63,016 nucleotides of DNA, filler included, from Rhabdomonas costata (GCA_019059605.1; 28 parts of 28 records of this genome joined end to end with filler, not necessarily neighbours in it), one strand, 5' to 3'; positions 25,080-38,223 are shown, counted from the whole stretch's first letter. The notes: generated by a model not told the origin, from the letters alone. Made by a program: numbers and translations.

Positions 25080-26240
25080 CCACCTTAGGGTGGTGGAGGG
25101 AACTATGGCATGTGATCGACAGAACGTGAAGAGGAGCATTTGTACAACTTCAGGGTGGGGAGTATGCGACGTCATGATGTTTGTATCCTTCCCGTCACTC
25201 ACTGCGTTCGTTCCGCACAACATCACTTCAACCACCATGACCAGCAGCAGGGTCACTCCACCACCACAAGGATTGTTACGCTCCCTCACACTCAACCGTT
25301 ATACAACATCAGGTATGGGTTGGTCGGGCTTGGCGCCCTCCGTTACGCATCTCTCCCTGTGGTTGGGTTGAGGTGCTGCTGGTCACCGCGTGAGGTTTGG
25401 TGGTTGTATGGCTACTACACTGTTCCTACGCAGCATCTATGGTACCACTACCCACCTCCTACTGTTATGGAGGGAGTATGTGCTATGATATGGTGTAGTT
25501 TTAGGCGTAGTGTACCGGTGTGGACGATAAACCACCTGGTGGGGTGACGCCCAACAACGGTCATAACAACCGCCACTACTACTGCACGTGGGTACTTCTT
25601 AGTGGATTGTAGCGTATGCATGGTTTTATCCTGCGCAAAGAATCCGGCACCCAGTATCATGTGAGAAAGTGATAGAACGCCAGACTCTGAGAGGCCTGCA
25701 ACCATTGCTTGGTTAGTCAGCGGGCACACCTCTAACGCCATCATCGGATAAAATGTTAAAAAAAATGCCACTTTTCTTCTTTGTAGTGCGATACTCACGT
25801 GATATGGCTACGCACTATAAAAATGCAATGGGCAAAAAATCCAGAAAACCAAAAAATTAAGAGAAAATAAAGTGCCACCATACACACCATGCATGCACAT
25901 ACAACGATGTGAGGGGGTAGGGAACGCGGATGCGCGATGAGAAATGCAGGATAAGACGTCTTGATACCATCTTAAAGGCACTAGTGTTTTGTAATGGGTG
26001 GCGGTGGGGGGCCCCCAAGATGTGTTTTGCCGGTCGCATGTTCCTTCTTCACGTGCTCCCTAAGTGTGGTGGTTCGAGGTACTCCCCGCCATAACGCGGT
26101 ACGTGCCTCTCACTGTACAGGTCCCATTTGCGGGGCCTGGATTTAGTGATTTGTGCATTCCAGAACCCTAAGTTGCTGGCGGGATTGCGGAAGACCAAAC
26201 CCGAACCCCGAACCCAAACCCCGAAAGCGAAACCCAACTG
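25080..26240 (+). mobile_element. Decayed dispersed repeat related to 12230-13160
   Basis: Same collinear anchors as contig 6. One frame reads MRRHDV, reminiscent of the RHD motif of restriction-like-endonuclease non-LTR elements (weak). Confidence 0.4.
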
Positions 26241-26709
26241 GTGATGTTGACTGATTCTATACTACTGGTGGGCGAAAAATGGTTGTTGAGCGACGTCGCT
26301 TCAGATAAGTTCAATGGACATCCGAAGCTCAGAAGAAGTTAAAGGAAATTTGCCGTTGCGCTGCAAGAAAAATGCTGCAGCGTGCTGTTCCGGGCGAGGC
26401 GTCTTACGGCATGTTCGTAAGTTTGATCCGACTTTTGTCATAAAAGCACTCCCACACGCGGCTTCCGTTTATGCCGTGTCGATCTGCAATCCAAGCGCCA
26501 AGCTAGCAGTTACTGAGGACAAGAAAATAGTACAAACGATCTACCGAGCAAAAGTCAAGGTTACTGTAAAGAGCTGCACACGCACGCAACGTCCTGTGAA
26601 GAGTTCTCCACAGGCATATGCGCGAAGACCGCTCACCTCAAACCACCCCACCCAAAGCAGAAGCGTTCCGCAAAGAACGCAACACGACGCCTCTACCCGA
26701 TAGGCCCTC

Positions 26710-26759
26710 TCATCTGTTGTCTTCAGGCTTCACCTTGTAGATCCTGATCATCCAGTGTT
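26710..26759 (-). CDS. STT3: Oligosaccharyltransferase STT3, terminal exon
   Basis: After ttcttgcag, a phase-1 exon encodes (E)HWMIRIYKVKPEDNR*, matching the conserved STT3 C-terminus EHWLVRIYKVKxxDNR. Too short for the ORF track. Confidence 0.85.
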
Positions 26760-27106
26760 CTGCAAGAAGAAAGGTGAGATGGGAAAGATGAGTTGCCGTA
26801 GTGTGCCTCACCGCAACATGCTAGGGAACCTAAGTCACTGCTTGGCCCACACACGCTGTGGTGGTTCTGTTACAGAACATCCCGGTAGTGCTATGGTTGT
26901 CAGGGTTCAGGGTGCATAGGGTTCAGGGTTCCCCTCCCACGACACAAGGATAAGGTGAAAAAAACCAGTGATGCCTGCATCACTAACATCGCACGGCCAA
27001 ACAAAANNNNNNNNNNNNNNNNNNNNNNNNNNNNNNNNNNNNNNNNNNNNTTAATTAATTAANNNNNNNNNNNNNNNNNNNNNNNNNNNNNNNNNNNNNN
27101 NNNNNN

Positions 27107-28301
27107 TTTCCCGCCTAAGTGGCACAGTGTTCGGAGTTTGGTTTAGCCCGGACGGCGGTCAGCTTCTCTTCTGCTGCCGAGATACAGCAACACTGTGGGA
27201 TTCTCAGAGTGGTGCTGCCGTGATTACCTGTCACCCGTGCGCTGCTGAATGGGTTCGCTTTGTATATCGTCTTTTTCCTTTCCTTTCCTTTCTTTTTCTT
27301 TTCTTTTCTTTTCTTTTTCCTTTTACAACGACGAACTCAACGACCTCTGCACTTCTGGCAGCGATACACAAACGGTGAACATTCGGGTTTTCTTCTCCGT
27401 CTGTCGTGTGATCCTCGAATCGCTTTAGAATCCATCCGCTCACACAGGTGCGATGGACTGCCTTCGCCCCCGCGGAAGGCGTGCCGTATGTCTTCACACA
27501 GTGTGGGGACCAGACTGTTCGGGTATGGCCTTTGAGGGGCGGGTCTGCTGTGGCGGAGCTGCAAGGGCATCAAGGCACCGTGAAGTTTGTGGACCTTGGA
27601 GGAGGGGCATCCCCACGGGTGGTGACAAGCTCAGCTGATCGCACTGCGCGAGTGTGGGATTTTCCGACGAGGAGAGAGCTGGCCACTCTCCAGCACGATG
27701 GAAATGTGTGGGCCGTGCACCTCAGCTCGTCGGAAAATCCCACACACGATACCCAGGGGCACTCCCGCCCTGCGCAAAGCACAACCCCTGCCCGCACCAC
27801 CTCTATGGAATGCAACCGGGTGAGCACAGCACCCCACAGATCAGAGGGAAGCTGACGAACATTGCGCACCACGGCCATGGCTTTCAGGGTTCTACCTGTA
27901 CTCTCACCTAGCTCCGTCTCATTCTGCGAGGCTTCACAAATAGAGTCTCAAAAACAGCGCCCGTGCAAATAGCACAAGAAAGTTTGGAAAGGGCGGACAA
28001 TGGTTGCAAGGCCTCAGCTGGCCTCGACAGTTAAGCGTCTGTTGGCAAAAAAGGTCGGTAGGAAGCTCACCGATTTTGCCCACCATTACCAGAGGCATTC
28101 GGGGTTCTACCCTTGCCCTTGCTTTCTCGCTTTGTACCGCCTCATTCTGCGAGGCTTCACAAACGAGCCTACAAAAGCAGTACCTCTAAAAAACAACCTC
28201 AACAAGAAAGGATAGATTTTGCAGGAGGCTGCTCAAACTCGGTGAACCCTCTTCCGCACACGCTTCTGCGTCTGGTGGTGCAATACCTGCTTACCGGCTA
28301 A
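27107..28301 (+). CDS. WD40-repeat protein, 3' part; exons <27107-27252, 27448-27728, 28011-28057, 28225-28301
   Basis: WD motifs: FSPDGGQL..ATLWD, ELQGHQGTVKFV..VTSSADRTARVWD, LQHDGNVWAV. Phase-consistent splicing leads to a helical tail ..NPLPHTLLRLVVQYLLTG*. Confidence 0.85.
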
Positions 28302-29360
28302 ACCAAGCAGTGACCGCAACTTCCTCCCCCACACATGAAGGCGATATCTCGTTCCCTCGATTGAACATCTTATCACTCCACTCCAAATGCCCCCCAGTCC
28401 AAGATGGCCAACGCACTCACAAGGTTTTCCCTGCAGCACCGTTTTCTAAGACGTCCGTGGAGCCAACACAGAACGCAAGCGACAGAGGGGGGCCTCGCAA
28501 AATGGGAGACCTCCCCATGACCAGAGGTCGGGGATGGAGGAGGGAGCCTACCACCCCCACACCCTTTGCCATCCCTCCCTTAGGATGGGAAACCCCAAAA
28601 GAAAGTTGAAGAAACACGCCATCACACACAAACCAGAAGGCTAGGAAAACCCGATCACCTCCTGCTCCCCAAAGGAGAGAGTCACGTACGCAGAGGCAAT
28701 GCACATAAAGCCGAAGGAAGCAGCACATGCGTCGCTGCTTCAGGACCCAAAGGGAGCGTGACTCGCACGAAATGCCAGCCAGGCGGGGGGCGTGCGGCAG
28801 CACAGGAAGAGGGCAGAGATGACTGGGTGAAACGTAATCGGCGGTGGCTTGGGTAACCACCAAGTAGGCCTCCTGCGCGGCGAGTTAAGCAAAGCTCCGC
28901 CCCCAGAAACGTCCTCCTCAGGCGGCAGGGTGAGCAATCGCAACGTCAGCAACTCGGCCACCACGGGCTGTGACGTTGTGTGCATGGCTATGCGGGGGAA
29001 AATGCAGAGCTTGTGTCACTCCTCAGTAAGACCCTTGTCTTCGGTGCATCGACGAGCTGTAGGCAAGTGCTCGCAACCCCTTCTCCCAAGCATAGGGAGG
29101 AAAGGAAATAACCGTATGGCGGTCACTCAACAAAATCAAAACAAGGAGAACAAGACGTACCCTAACACATTCAGTTAGAAATCCCTCCCCAGGTTGAGAT
29201 CCCCGTTCGTTTAGAGTAGGGACTAAAACACCCGCCGACTGCACCATGACACAACAAACANNNNNNNNNNNNNNNNNNNNNNNNNNNNNNNNNNNNNNNN
29301 NNNNTTAATTAATTAANNNNNNNNNNNNNNNNNNNNNNNNNNNNNNNNNNNNNNNNNNNN

Positions 29361-29552
29361 TTTGTTAAACAATAACGTGAACGTGAGCTGGATCATCCAT
29401 GACCCGCTCCACAGAATGAGATGTCCCAGCCTCTGGAAATTGCGAGCACCAAGCTGTTGGCACGTTGCAAGCCTTGATTCAACGTCAAGACGCGTCGAAG
29501 CCTTGTCAAGTCAAGGAAGATCCAGCTCACGTTCACGTTATTGTTTTACAAA
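29361..29552. repeat. 43-bp imperfect inverted repeat (MITE-like) at the contig start
   Basis: 29361-29403 versus the reverse complement of 29510-29552 shows 3 mismatches in 43 bp. The interior is non-coding. Confidence 0.85.
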
Positions 29553-32500
29553 ACAATATAAACAGCACCTGCTCGGGGACTTACTATAAGACCTTCGGCT
29601 GAAGCGTACTGCTCGCTGTCCGCGTCAAATCTGAGAAGCCAACCCAGTTGCAATAGGACGGGGCGTACGAAGAAAGCTTAAATGAAGTTCAGTGGTAACC
29701 TCTACGAGGTCTATGAGGTTAAACCCACCTTATTATCTTCGACAACACCTCGAGTCCCAGAATTTTCAGTCTTAAGGTGGCTTGGCTACAAGATTGCCCC
29801 AGCATGCGGACTGCAGTGCGTCATGGTGCGCGGAGCAGAACCGACCACACTGCCACAAGACACCTTCCTACGGTCCCGTTTATCATACTTATAAAAGTCA
29901 CACCTGGTTCACATTTTCGACGAGTACCAAGATTAAAAATCACACAATTTTGGGGGGCTTCCGAAAATTGTAGAGAAGGCTTGTTTCGGCTTCGCGTCTC
30001 GACCTCTTCATTGCCATCCATAGAAAACAAAACTCACTCCAGCAAATAACGAACGTCAAAGGCACATGCCAAACATCGACAGTAATTTCAAGGCTCAGTA
30101 AAATTGCTGCCCCAACCTAACGAACCGCAGACGTTCAGAAATTCTTGGCAGTGCATGCAAAGAGCCACGGCACCACAAGCAAGGAGAAGGGAAAAAGCGA
30201 GAAGAACAATGCCTGGAGCGATGAGCTGGAGAACCCGACGACTGAACGCTTCGATTTGGAGAATCTAAGGGGGCATCGGAAGGCCCGGAAGGCATGAGGT
30301 GGAAAAAACTCAGAAACAGGTTGAACTGAACGGGAAAAAGGTGAGGTACAAAGGTCACCTCAAAAGCCTAGATAAGCGCATGTGATCGCGAAAGAACCCT
30401 TTCGCGGACAAAACCCGCGTCTCCTCCGGTATTTAACGGGCTGCGTCTGCAGCGGGGCGGGCGGCGAGTCAGCTCGCTGAGATGCGGAGTATGAATCCCC
30501 GTTGGGGGTTACAATTGCAAGTGCTGGACATTCTCGTATGTCCGGTGACCAGAGAACAGGAGGACACAGCACTCCTCGGCGACCAGAACATGGGCAGTTC
30601 ATCCATCCTCGGCGAACCTGCCCCTGGAAGGCGACATGGAACAAGTTGCGCATGACCATGCGGACCCGGAGTATTCGGAAAGCGACACGGTGAACTGCCT
30701 GCAGAGTGTTCCGAGGTAGGCGGTGGTGTGCGAATCCGGGTGCGGCCACCACACACTGGCTGCCCAGAAATAGAAATGAGTACGGTAGCCTCCCTTCCTA
30801 AAATAGGAGCATGTATCCACCTTCCTCGTGAGTGCTCAGTGTTCAATCCAATTCAAAGTCATCAGTTCAGAGTTCAACGTGACCAGTTCAAAGTTCAATT
30901 CAAAGTTGAATGCGGTGATCGCGGGTGCTCATTCTGCAGTGGGTTGTGGTGTCGCTTCCTTTCGCTGTTGTGGTGTGTCGGTGTGTGCTGTGCTCGCTGG
31001 GCACATCATGCGAATTTACTTCAGCCTTATATTGCAGTGCAACCAAGGAAGGAGTTTCGCTGCGACTGGAAGGAGTTTCCCTCGCCAGACGAGCCGAAAG
31101 GGTCTTCTGTGTGTGTGTTGAGGTTATGCTTTTGCCCACACCTACAACCCCAGAAGTGCGTTGTTGCCTGACACACGCTCCTCCCGGTACAGGCTTTCGT
31201 CCTGGAAAACCCTTCTCCCCTTTCTCCCTTACCCCCTTCCTTGTCCTCTCGCGCACCTACAATGGTAAGTGGTCAGCCGGTTCCTCCCCCTTCCCAGCTA
31301 GGGACTCCACGTCCCTGTTTACAATGTCTCATAGAGGGGAACTTCATGAGTCTCATCTGCGGCCTTTGTGGCGCACACTATCCGCTTTTCTGCATCGTTC
31401 AAGGACCGGTTGAAACAAAGTGCAATATTTTCTATTGTTTTCTATTGGAAAAGTTTAGGGGTACGTTTACTAACCTGACCCACTGCAAAATCTCTGTCGG
31501 AAGCACAAAAAACNNNNNNNNNNNNNNNNNNNNNNNNNNNNNNNNNNNNNNNNNNNNTTAATTAATTAANNNNNNNNNNNNNNNNNNNNNNNNNNNNNNN
31601 NNNNNNNNNNNNNGGGGTTGGTTTTCCTTTGGGGTCTGCTTTCCGCCCTTTTTTTTCTTTTCCTGTTTTTTCACTTGGCCTTTGCCATGTGTTCATATAC
31701 GGATTCTGAAGCTGAATATGCAGGTGAGGCTATTGCAATCAGGGTTCCCCACCGAATCGTATGCGATTTCTTCCAGTGCAGAATAGGAGAAATACAAATT
31801 TTACGATTTTGTGCTTGTCTTAAACTGTGCTCCCGTGTTCCCGTTTGTTTGTGTGGGGACGCCTCGCATGTGGCCACTAGGGGCACGCTGCCTGGAGGGC
31901 TGAGCATTGGAAAAAATTCGATCTCTAAAAGTATCATTGAAGAAGTTTGAGTTTTTGTGACTTTTGACGACTCTTTACGAGATAACACGACCCAAATTTT
32001 GGTGAAAAATACGACTATATGGGGATCTCTGCCCTGGTGCCCTTGATGAGGGGAATAGAAAATCCCCTCAAAGTCGCCTGCCGCCCTGCCGCCCCTGTTT
32101 CCAAACGTACATCAATCCCACACCCACCTCGCCCACCTCTCTGTCTGTGGTCCTCCCTCCTCTCTTTTTCCCCTACCTGTTTCCCCTCCCTTTATTTTCC
32201 TGGTACCTTTGTGCCTTTGTGCCTCGCCACAACAATCATGCAATCCAATGCTGCCGCGGTGTTGTAAACTTACCTTGTTTTTATAGAAAGCAGAGGAAGA
32301 TGTCATGTCTATGGTTCGGGCAGCTGTACCTGGGCAGGTATTTGTTGTAGTACCGCCGTAATTTCAGTTCGCACCTGCCGGCTTGTGGGGCACGGGTGGA
32401 TTTTACTGCCTTTCTCGGTTTGTTTTTATGACTTATCCAAAAGGGTGAGCATCTGATGCTGCTTTGCTAACTGCTTCCATTACCGTCCAGCCCCAACCCC

Positions 32501-33957
32501 CACCTCAATCGCACCGTTCCGCACCAAAGTCCCCAGATCAACACCGGGCACTAGCGGGCACAGTTTGAGGATCATGGTAATGGTTGGTAGCTTCTTCTCT
32601 CTCTCTCTCTAGCCTGTGACGATCTATCCCTTTGTTCCTCTCCACCCGGTCTCCCCTCCACCCTCTATCCTGCCCATTGCTCCTGGCCATCGATGCCAGC
32701 ATTACTTTTTGTTTCGCCTGGGCGACACTTTCCCTTGTTTGTGCCTCCATTTTTGTGCAGTTATACGTGTACACACGTGGCATTCCCATTCTTTTGGGAC
32801 CAGTGTTTCAGGTGCGTGCAAACCGCTACATACTCTCCCTGACCCCGCTGCGCTCCTCATGACCGTTAAAGAGAAGGTCAGCTGTATTGGCAGCGCGCTG
32901 TTGAGCACCCAACCTTTCTGCGTGGGTGCCCCTCTCATGTAGTCTGGTTGAAGTTCGATGTCCCGGAAACACAAGCTACGTGCTTCCCTTTCCTTTCCCT
33001 TGCTCTTCACATGTGCACATCTTTGCCCAAGGGTTCAGTTGTGCAAACGCACGCTTCCCACTTCGTTCCAATCCACGCGTGGCATCATTTGGGTGGTCTC
33101 CTGTTGTCTCTGTCACTAATGAAGTGCAACTGGTGTGCCGGCTGTGGGTGCTTTAACCCGAACCCTCCACTGCCTGCAGTGTTGGTGCTGCCCGGCCGCT
33201 CCTTTTCTTTCTTTTTTTCTTTTTTGATTTGCTCTCGTGCCCTCTGACCCCAATGGAACGTTTGCAGTTTCTCACCTGGAGAGGGAAAGGGGGCTTCTCT
33301 CATTTATGCTGTACTTGTTCCGATGTCGGTATGCTGTCGTTTGGTTTGTATTCTAGATGAGGCTTTGGTGAGGTGGCTGTTTTGAATTGGATCGCAGTTG
33401 TAAAGTGTTTGCTAGTTTGTGAGAAGAATTAGGCTATGCCTTTGTTGGGGCAGTGCCTGTTTTATAGTCCATGCTTTCTTTGATTTTGTACTCCCTGGCC
33501 CACTGGGTAAACACAAAGGGAATCAGTCATCTGGAATATTTCGTGGGGCATCGTGAAGGTTAGTTTGATGGCTGCCGAGTAGCACGCAAGTATGAGCTTA
33601 CAGAGCACCTTCTGCAAAAAAAAAAAGGCAACTCCAGCACGGTGTAGCACGGTGCTTGAAAAACTCTTCCGCTGTTGCCGGAATTTGCTTGCTGCCCATT
33701 TTCGCCAATTTAGCTGCGGGATGGGCACATATCTGCACAACAACCCCNNNNNNNNNNNNNNNNNNNNNNNNNNNNNNNNNNNNNNNNNNNNTTAATTAAT
33801 TAANNNNNNNNNNNNNNNNNNNNNNNNNNNNNNNNNNNNNNNNNNNNGGTGTGTGGTGTGTTAACCTTAACCCAGCCCCCACATATTCTGCTCTGCGGAT
33901 GGTTACTATTCTTGACTGTCCCAGTTTCCGGAGGATTTTTCTGCTTCCCATCCACAG

Positions 33958-34223
33958 GCCTGGCGGCTGCAAGGTTGGGCTGTCCATCCAGTCGCCGGAC
34001 GGGAAGCGTCGTTTCCGTGGCGCACTCCGGCTGCAGCTCCGAGGCGCCCGCAATGGTGGTTCGGGTGGAGTTCAGCCCGTGCCCATTCGTAGTATTCCCA
34101 GGGACGGCGCTGCCTAAGCTGCACCACCTGTTTGCCATGTTGGGTCTGGAGAGGGTTTTTGTGGTGGAGCGGGGGCTGCTGCGCGGGGTGGTCAGCCGCC
34201 ATGACATCCTGCCCGGCTCATAA
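33958..34223 (+). CDS. CLC-family chloride channel, terminal exon (second CBS domain)
   Basis: EFSPCPFVVFPGTALPKLHHLFAMLGLERVFVVERGLLRGVVSRHDI matches the CBS2 pattern of CLC channels. AG acceptor at 33956-33957. Confidence 0.75.
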
Positions 34224-35447
34224 CCGCGCGGTTGGAGCCAGACCTGTCATCAAAACTAGCGGAAGCCTTGTGCAGGTGTGGTGTTTGACTGCAGGATTGA
34301 CTTCTGGCTCTGAATCAGAGTAGAATATTTGAAACCATGAACTATACCAATTGCACGATATGTAAAAAAAAAAGGTGAAGCAACGCCGGCTTCTAGCTTT
34401 TGTCCTCATCTACAGCAAAACAGTAACCCACCTAGCACAGCCGTGCACACCATCTCTATGCGAGCACTGCATGATAGTAAGGGGGTGGGCTAGAACACCA
34501 CCAGTTAAACCATGAGGACCATTAACGAATGTACCGGCGTTTTAAGTGAGCGATTGTTACTTTGCGAGCAAAAGATTAAAGACGACTTCTTTTTTTAGAA
34601 GGGTGGAGGGAGGGAGGGATGGAGGAGTGGGGAGCCACACATAGTACCGACTACCACCGTACACCGAGTATGATTAGTTCGAAGTTTTATGCTTTTGGGT
34701 TTCCTACAACATATGATGATTTCGGATAAAGATAGTCTTTCGGTGTGGGTAGGCGATGTTAAGTGTAGGAATGGGATCGCCAAGCCCCGTTTCTGGCCAG
34801 CAGCCTTTGCTTCGTTCTAAGGGGCACCGTGGAGAGCATGCTGGAGGCGGGCAACAAGTCCCCTGCCACGCTGGAGATGCACACCCAGCAGCTGGATCAG
34901 CTCGAGGTTTAATACACCGCCTGGATACACATATGCCCACACAAAGGAAGGAAGAAAGCTTTGGCTGACGTGCCGTGATATCTCCCCTTCTCTCCCCGCC
35001 TCAACTGTTGCGTGTTGCTCAACTGGGTGCCCGTGTCTCTTCCCTCCTGCGCTGTACTTTCGACATTCCGTCTTTCTCTGTGGGTTAACGTTGTGATGTG
35101 CACCAACTATATACATCCCTTCTCGCACACAACACCTCCCCTCTGTTTGCAGTTTTTTTCCCGCTCCTCTCTGTTTGCAGTTTTTCCGCAAGTGCTGTGT
35201 GCCGGACCTTGGACACTGGACTAATTGTTGCTGCCGTGTATATGGTGACGAAAAATGCCTGATTCAAAATGAATGAAAGTGGTTGGGTTAGGGTTATGAG
35301 CCGAAAAAGTCACGGACGGGGTCCGTTGACATTATGCCCAACGTTTGTTTTAAATATTTCACAAATCATCTGGATTGCAAAAGAATCCATCCATACGGTC
35401 ACACGGTGAGGGGGGAAGGTGCTGTCTTGCACCCCGGTTCGCCACAG

Positions 35448-35573
35448 GAGCAGTGCAAGGCGATGAAAGCCAGCTTGGATGGGCGGTACGTTGGGGTGGA
35501 GGAGGCCGCGGCGGACAGCCTGCGGGGCACGTTTGGGATCCTTTTTGAGGAGGCCGCCAAGTTCCACGCCGCG
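35448..35573 (+). CDS. Probable exon of a hypothetical protein
   Basis: GC3-rich 126-nt segment bounded by cacag and GT: EQCKAMKASLDGRYVGVEEAAADSLRGTFGILFEEAAKFHAA. Confidence 0.5.
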
Positions 35574-37826
35574 GTGTGTGGGTTTCACTTCTTTCTGCTT
35601 TCTTGGTATCTTATCCCACTCGAGCCCTTCGCCTTTCGTCAGGATTCACTCACTCTCACTCTCACTCTGAAGTGGAGCTTCATTCTCCGACTCAACGAGT
35701 GCATCTGCTGTCCCCATCAAATTGTTCAATTTCTTGTTTGCCGGAATGCTTGGAACCTGAAAGCTCTGTTCTGTTGCATCATTTGCAGTGGAAAAATTGT
35801 CCAGTGACAGTTCTCCAAGTAAGGCTTAAAGGAAACGCTAAGCTTCTCATTAGCGACAGCTTAAAACGAGGCGCTTTATCCGCCAAATATTTCTTGAGTC
35901 ATAAGGGGGGAGGGGGAGGAGCAGTGTCCCCTTAAGCCGCCACAACTCCCAACCCAAACTGCGACTCTAATTCCCTGCCCACACCACNNNNNNNNNNNNN
36001 NNNNNNNNNNNNNNNNNNNNNNNNNNNNNNNTTAATTAATTAANNNNNNNNNNNNNNNNNNNNNNNNNNNNNNNNNNNNNNNNNNNNTGTTGGGCACTCG
36101 TTTTTCCCCCGTTTTTGGGTTCTGCCGACGTTCTGGGTCAGAGTACTTCTCAACCGCCACTGCGTGAGTTTTCCGTTTTGGGTAAACTCTCTGGCGGTGA
36201 TTTTTTTGAGGTAGAGTTGTGAGTGAGTGATTGCGCGCGTGGGGAAGTCAGGGAAAATGAATGTGTGTGTGCATGGGAGTGTGAGTGGAGGAATTAAGGG
36301 AGCAAGCGGGGGCGAATGAGTGAGTGACTTTTGATGTACAACTCTCGTCCTCCTCCTTCTCTCTCCCGAGTATCGCTGCCTTCACCCACTGCTCCTCCCG
36401 CCATAAGCGAGAAGCGAGGAAAGAAATTCGCTCGAAGTGACGTGAGAAGTTGCAACACTCGTCTGGCCCGGGCTGGCCGGCGCGGCGCGGTTTTCGACGC
36501 TTCACGTCGACTGCGCTTTCACTTTCTTTCTCTGTCCTGCGAAGAAGAGGGAAGGGTTGCGTTCCCTGGGTAAGACGGCTTCTCTGTGTGGTTGAGATTC
36601 GGGAGTGCTTTTTATACTAAGTCACACGCGGATGGAACGCAACTTCTCTCATCCAATCACTTTTGCGCCCACAGGAGCATTTTTCGGCTGGCTTGGATTT
36701 TGTTCCTTTCCATGGGCTTTTTTCGTCCAACTTCTTTATTTATGTTCTTTCCTGTTCAATCGCTGTCTATTCAGGCCTCCTTTTTCCGGAAGGCGTTCCG
36801 GAAGGTGTTGATACGGTTGCTCTCCTGATGTTGACTTGCTGGGCTGTTGACTTGTCTCTCTCGGTGCTGGTCTCAGACTGCTTGATGTCGGCCTTCTTTC
36901 CCCCTCCGCCTTCCTCTTTCCCATCATTCCATTACAGTCTACTTTCGCCAGTTTTCGCAATGGCTTGACGTGTTTTGTTCTCCAATCTTATGTTTTCTGC
37001 GCACAGTTCCTTCTCAGATTCGCAACACCACGATTGAAAAGAACATATGCTCAACATGTTCCTGGAAACACCACAGCAATTGATGGTTCGTCTCAGAAAT
37101 TACTCTCAAATGCAGTGACAGATCCCTGGTCCTCTTCACCCTGAAGAGTTTATCAGCAGCACAAAACCTTCTTCATTGTCAGGCCACCCCACTCGATCCT
37201 TTACAGTCCAAAGTTGGGTTGAGGAATCGGTACGTGGCTGCGTGGTTTGTGTGTTGAGTGGCCAAGTGGCCTCATTTCAGAGATGCGCTTGCCAGGAGGA
37301 GCGGGAGGAGATCTCTCTCTGGTTGTCGAGGTACGAGATTAACCCAGCCACCGTGACTGCCCGGTGACTTCTTGGGGTGAGCCTGATTTTAACTGGTAGT
37401 CACGGTTAACGCACCCCCCCCCCGCAGAAAATTGCATTAAATCAGTACTTGTGGAGTTCGAAAGAACAAGGCCGCCACAGCAGATGACACTTCGAGAACC
37501 ATGCATTCCACATCAAAGATGAAATACCAGTCAAGCCGGTCTTAGAATTTCAATTGCGCATTGACGGTATGGATCAAAGGAGACAAAAGCACTGGAACCA
37601 TTTGATAGGCTGTGGCAGCAAAGATGCATTTAACAGGCACGCTTCGGAATGTCAAAAACGTCCTCCAGTGGTCTTTCAGTATTCAATTACGAGTTCGAGT
37701 ACCTCCCGCTTGTCCTGTGGTGTTGTGCGGCTTTTCCACTCGCCTTGCCTTCCAGAACCCTGTGCTCTTTCTCGTGGTTCCTGCTTGAACCATGTCTTCC
37801 CTTCTTCACGCAACTCACTTCTCCAG

Positions 37827-38223
37827 ACGAGTGCGCTTCCACGCCTCCCAGCCACCGTGCCTGAACGCCGCCCTGGTCACCTCCCCAGCTTACCTGTCCT
37901 CGCCGGGAAGCCCGATGGAGACGACTCCTTCCATGCCATCGGCCCCGGAGAGCCCCTTCTCACTGAACCCCCCGATGGCCCTGTGGGCGGACGAGATGGA
38001 CAGGCACGACGCCCTGAAGTCGCTGAGCATGCTTCTCCCCCAAGAACCCGCCGCTGCTGGAGCGACCGCAGCCCCCCTCCGGTTTTCGGTTGTGACTTCT
38101 GTCCCGCCAGCCACCGGTCCCTTCCCTGCCTCTCGGCAGCGCCTCCCGGTACGCTTGGCGCCTCTTCCGCAGCCGCCGCAGTTCAGTGGCGCCGCCGCTT
38201 TCCCTCCTACCTCTCCCGCGACG
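37827..38223 (+). CDS. Pro/Ser/Ala-rich exon of a hypothetical protein
   Basis: GC-rich open frame between a ctccag acceptor and a GTGAG donor; contains ALWADEMDRHDALKSLSMLL. Confidence 0.55.

Noticed and set aside
26899-26931. Telomere-like GGGTTCA/GGGTTA units (also ~13142 and ~35285)
   Set aside because: Only 2-4 degenerate internal copies; not a telomere array.
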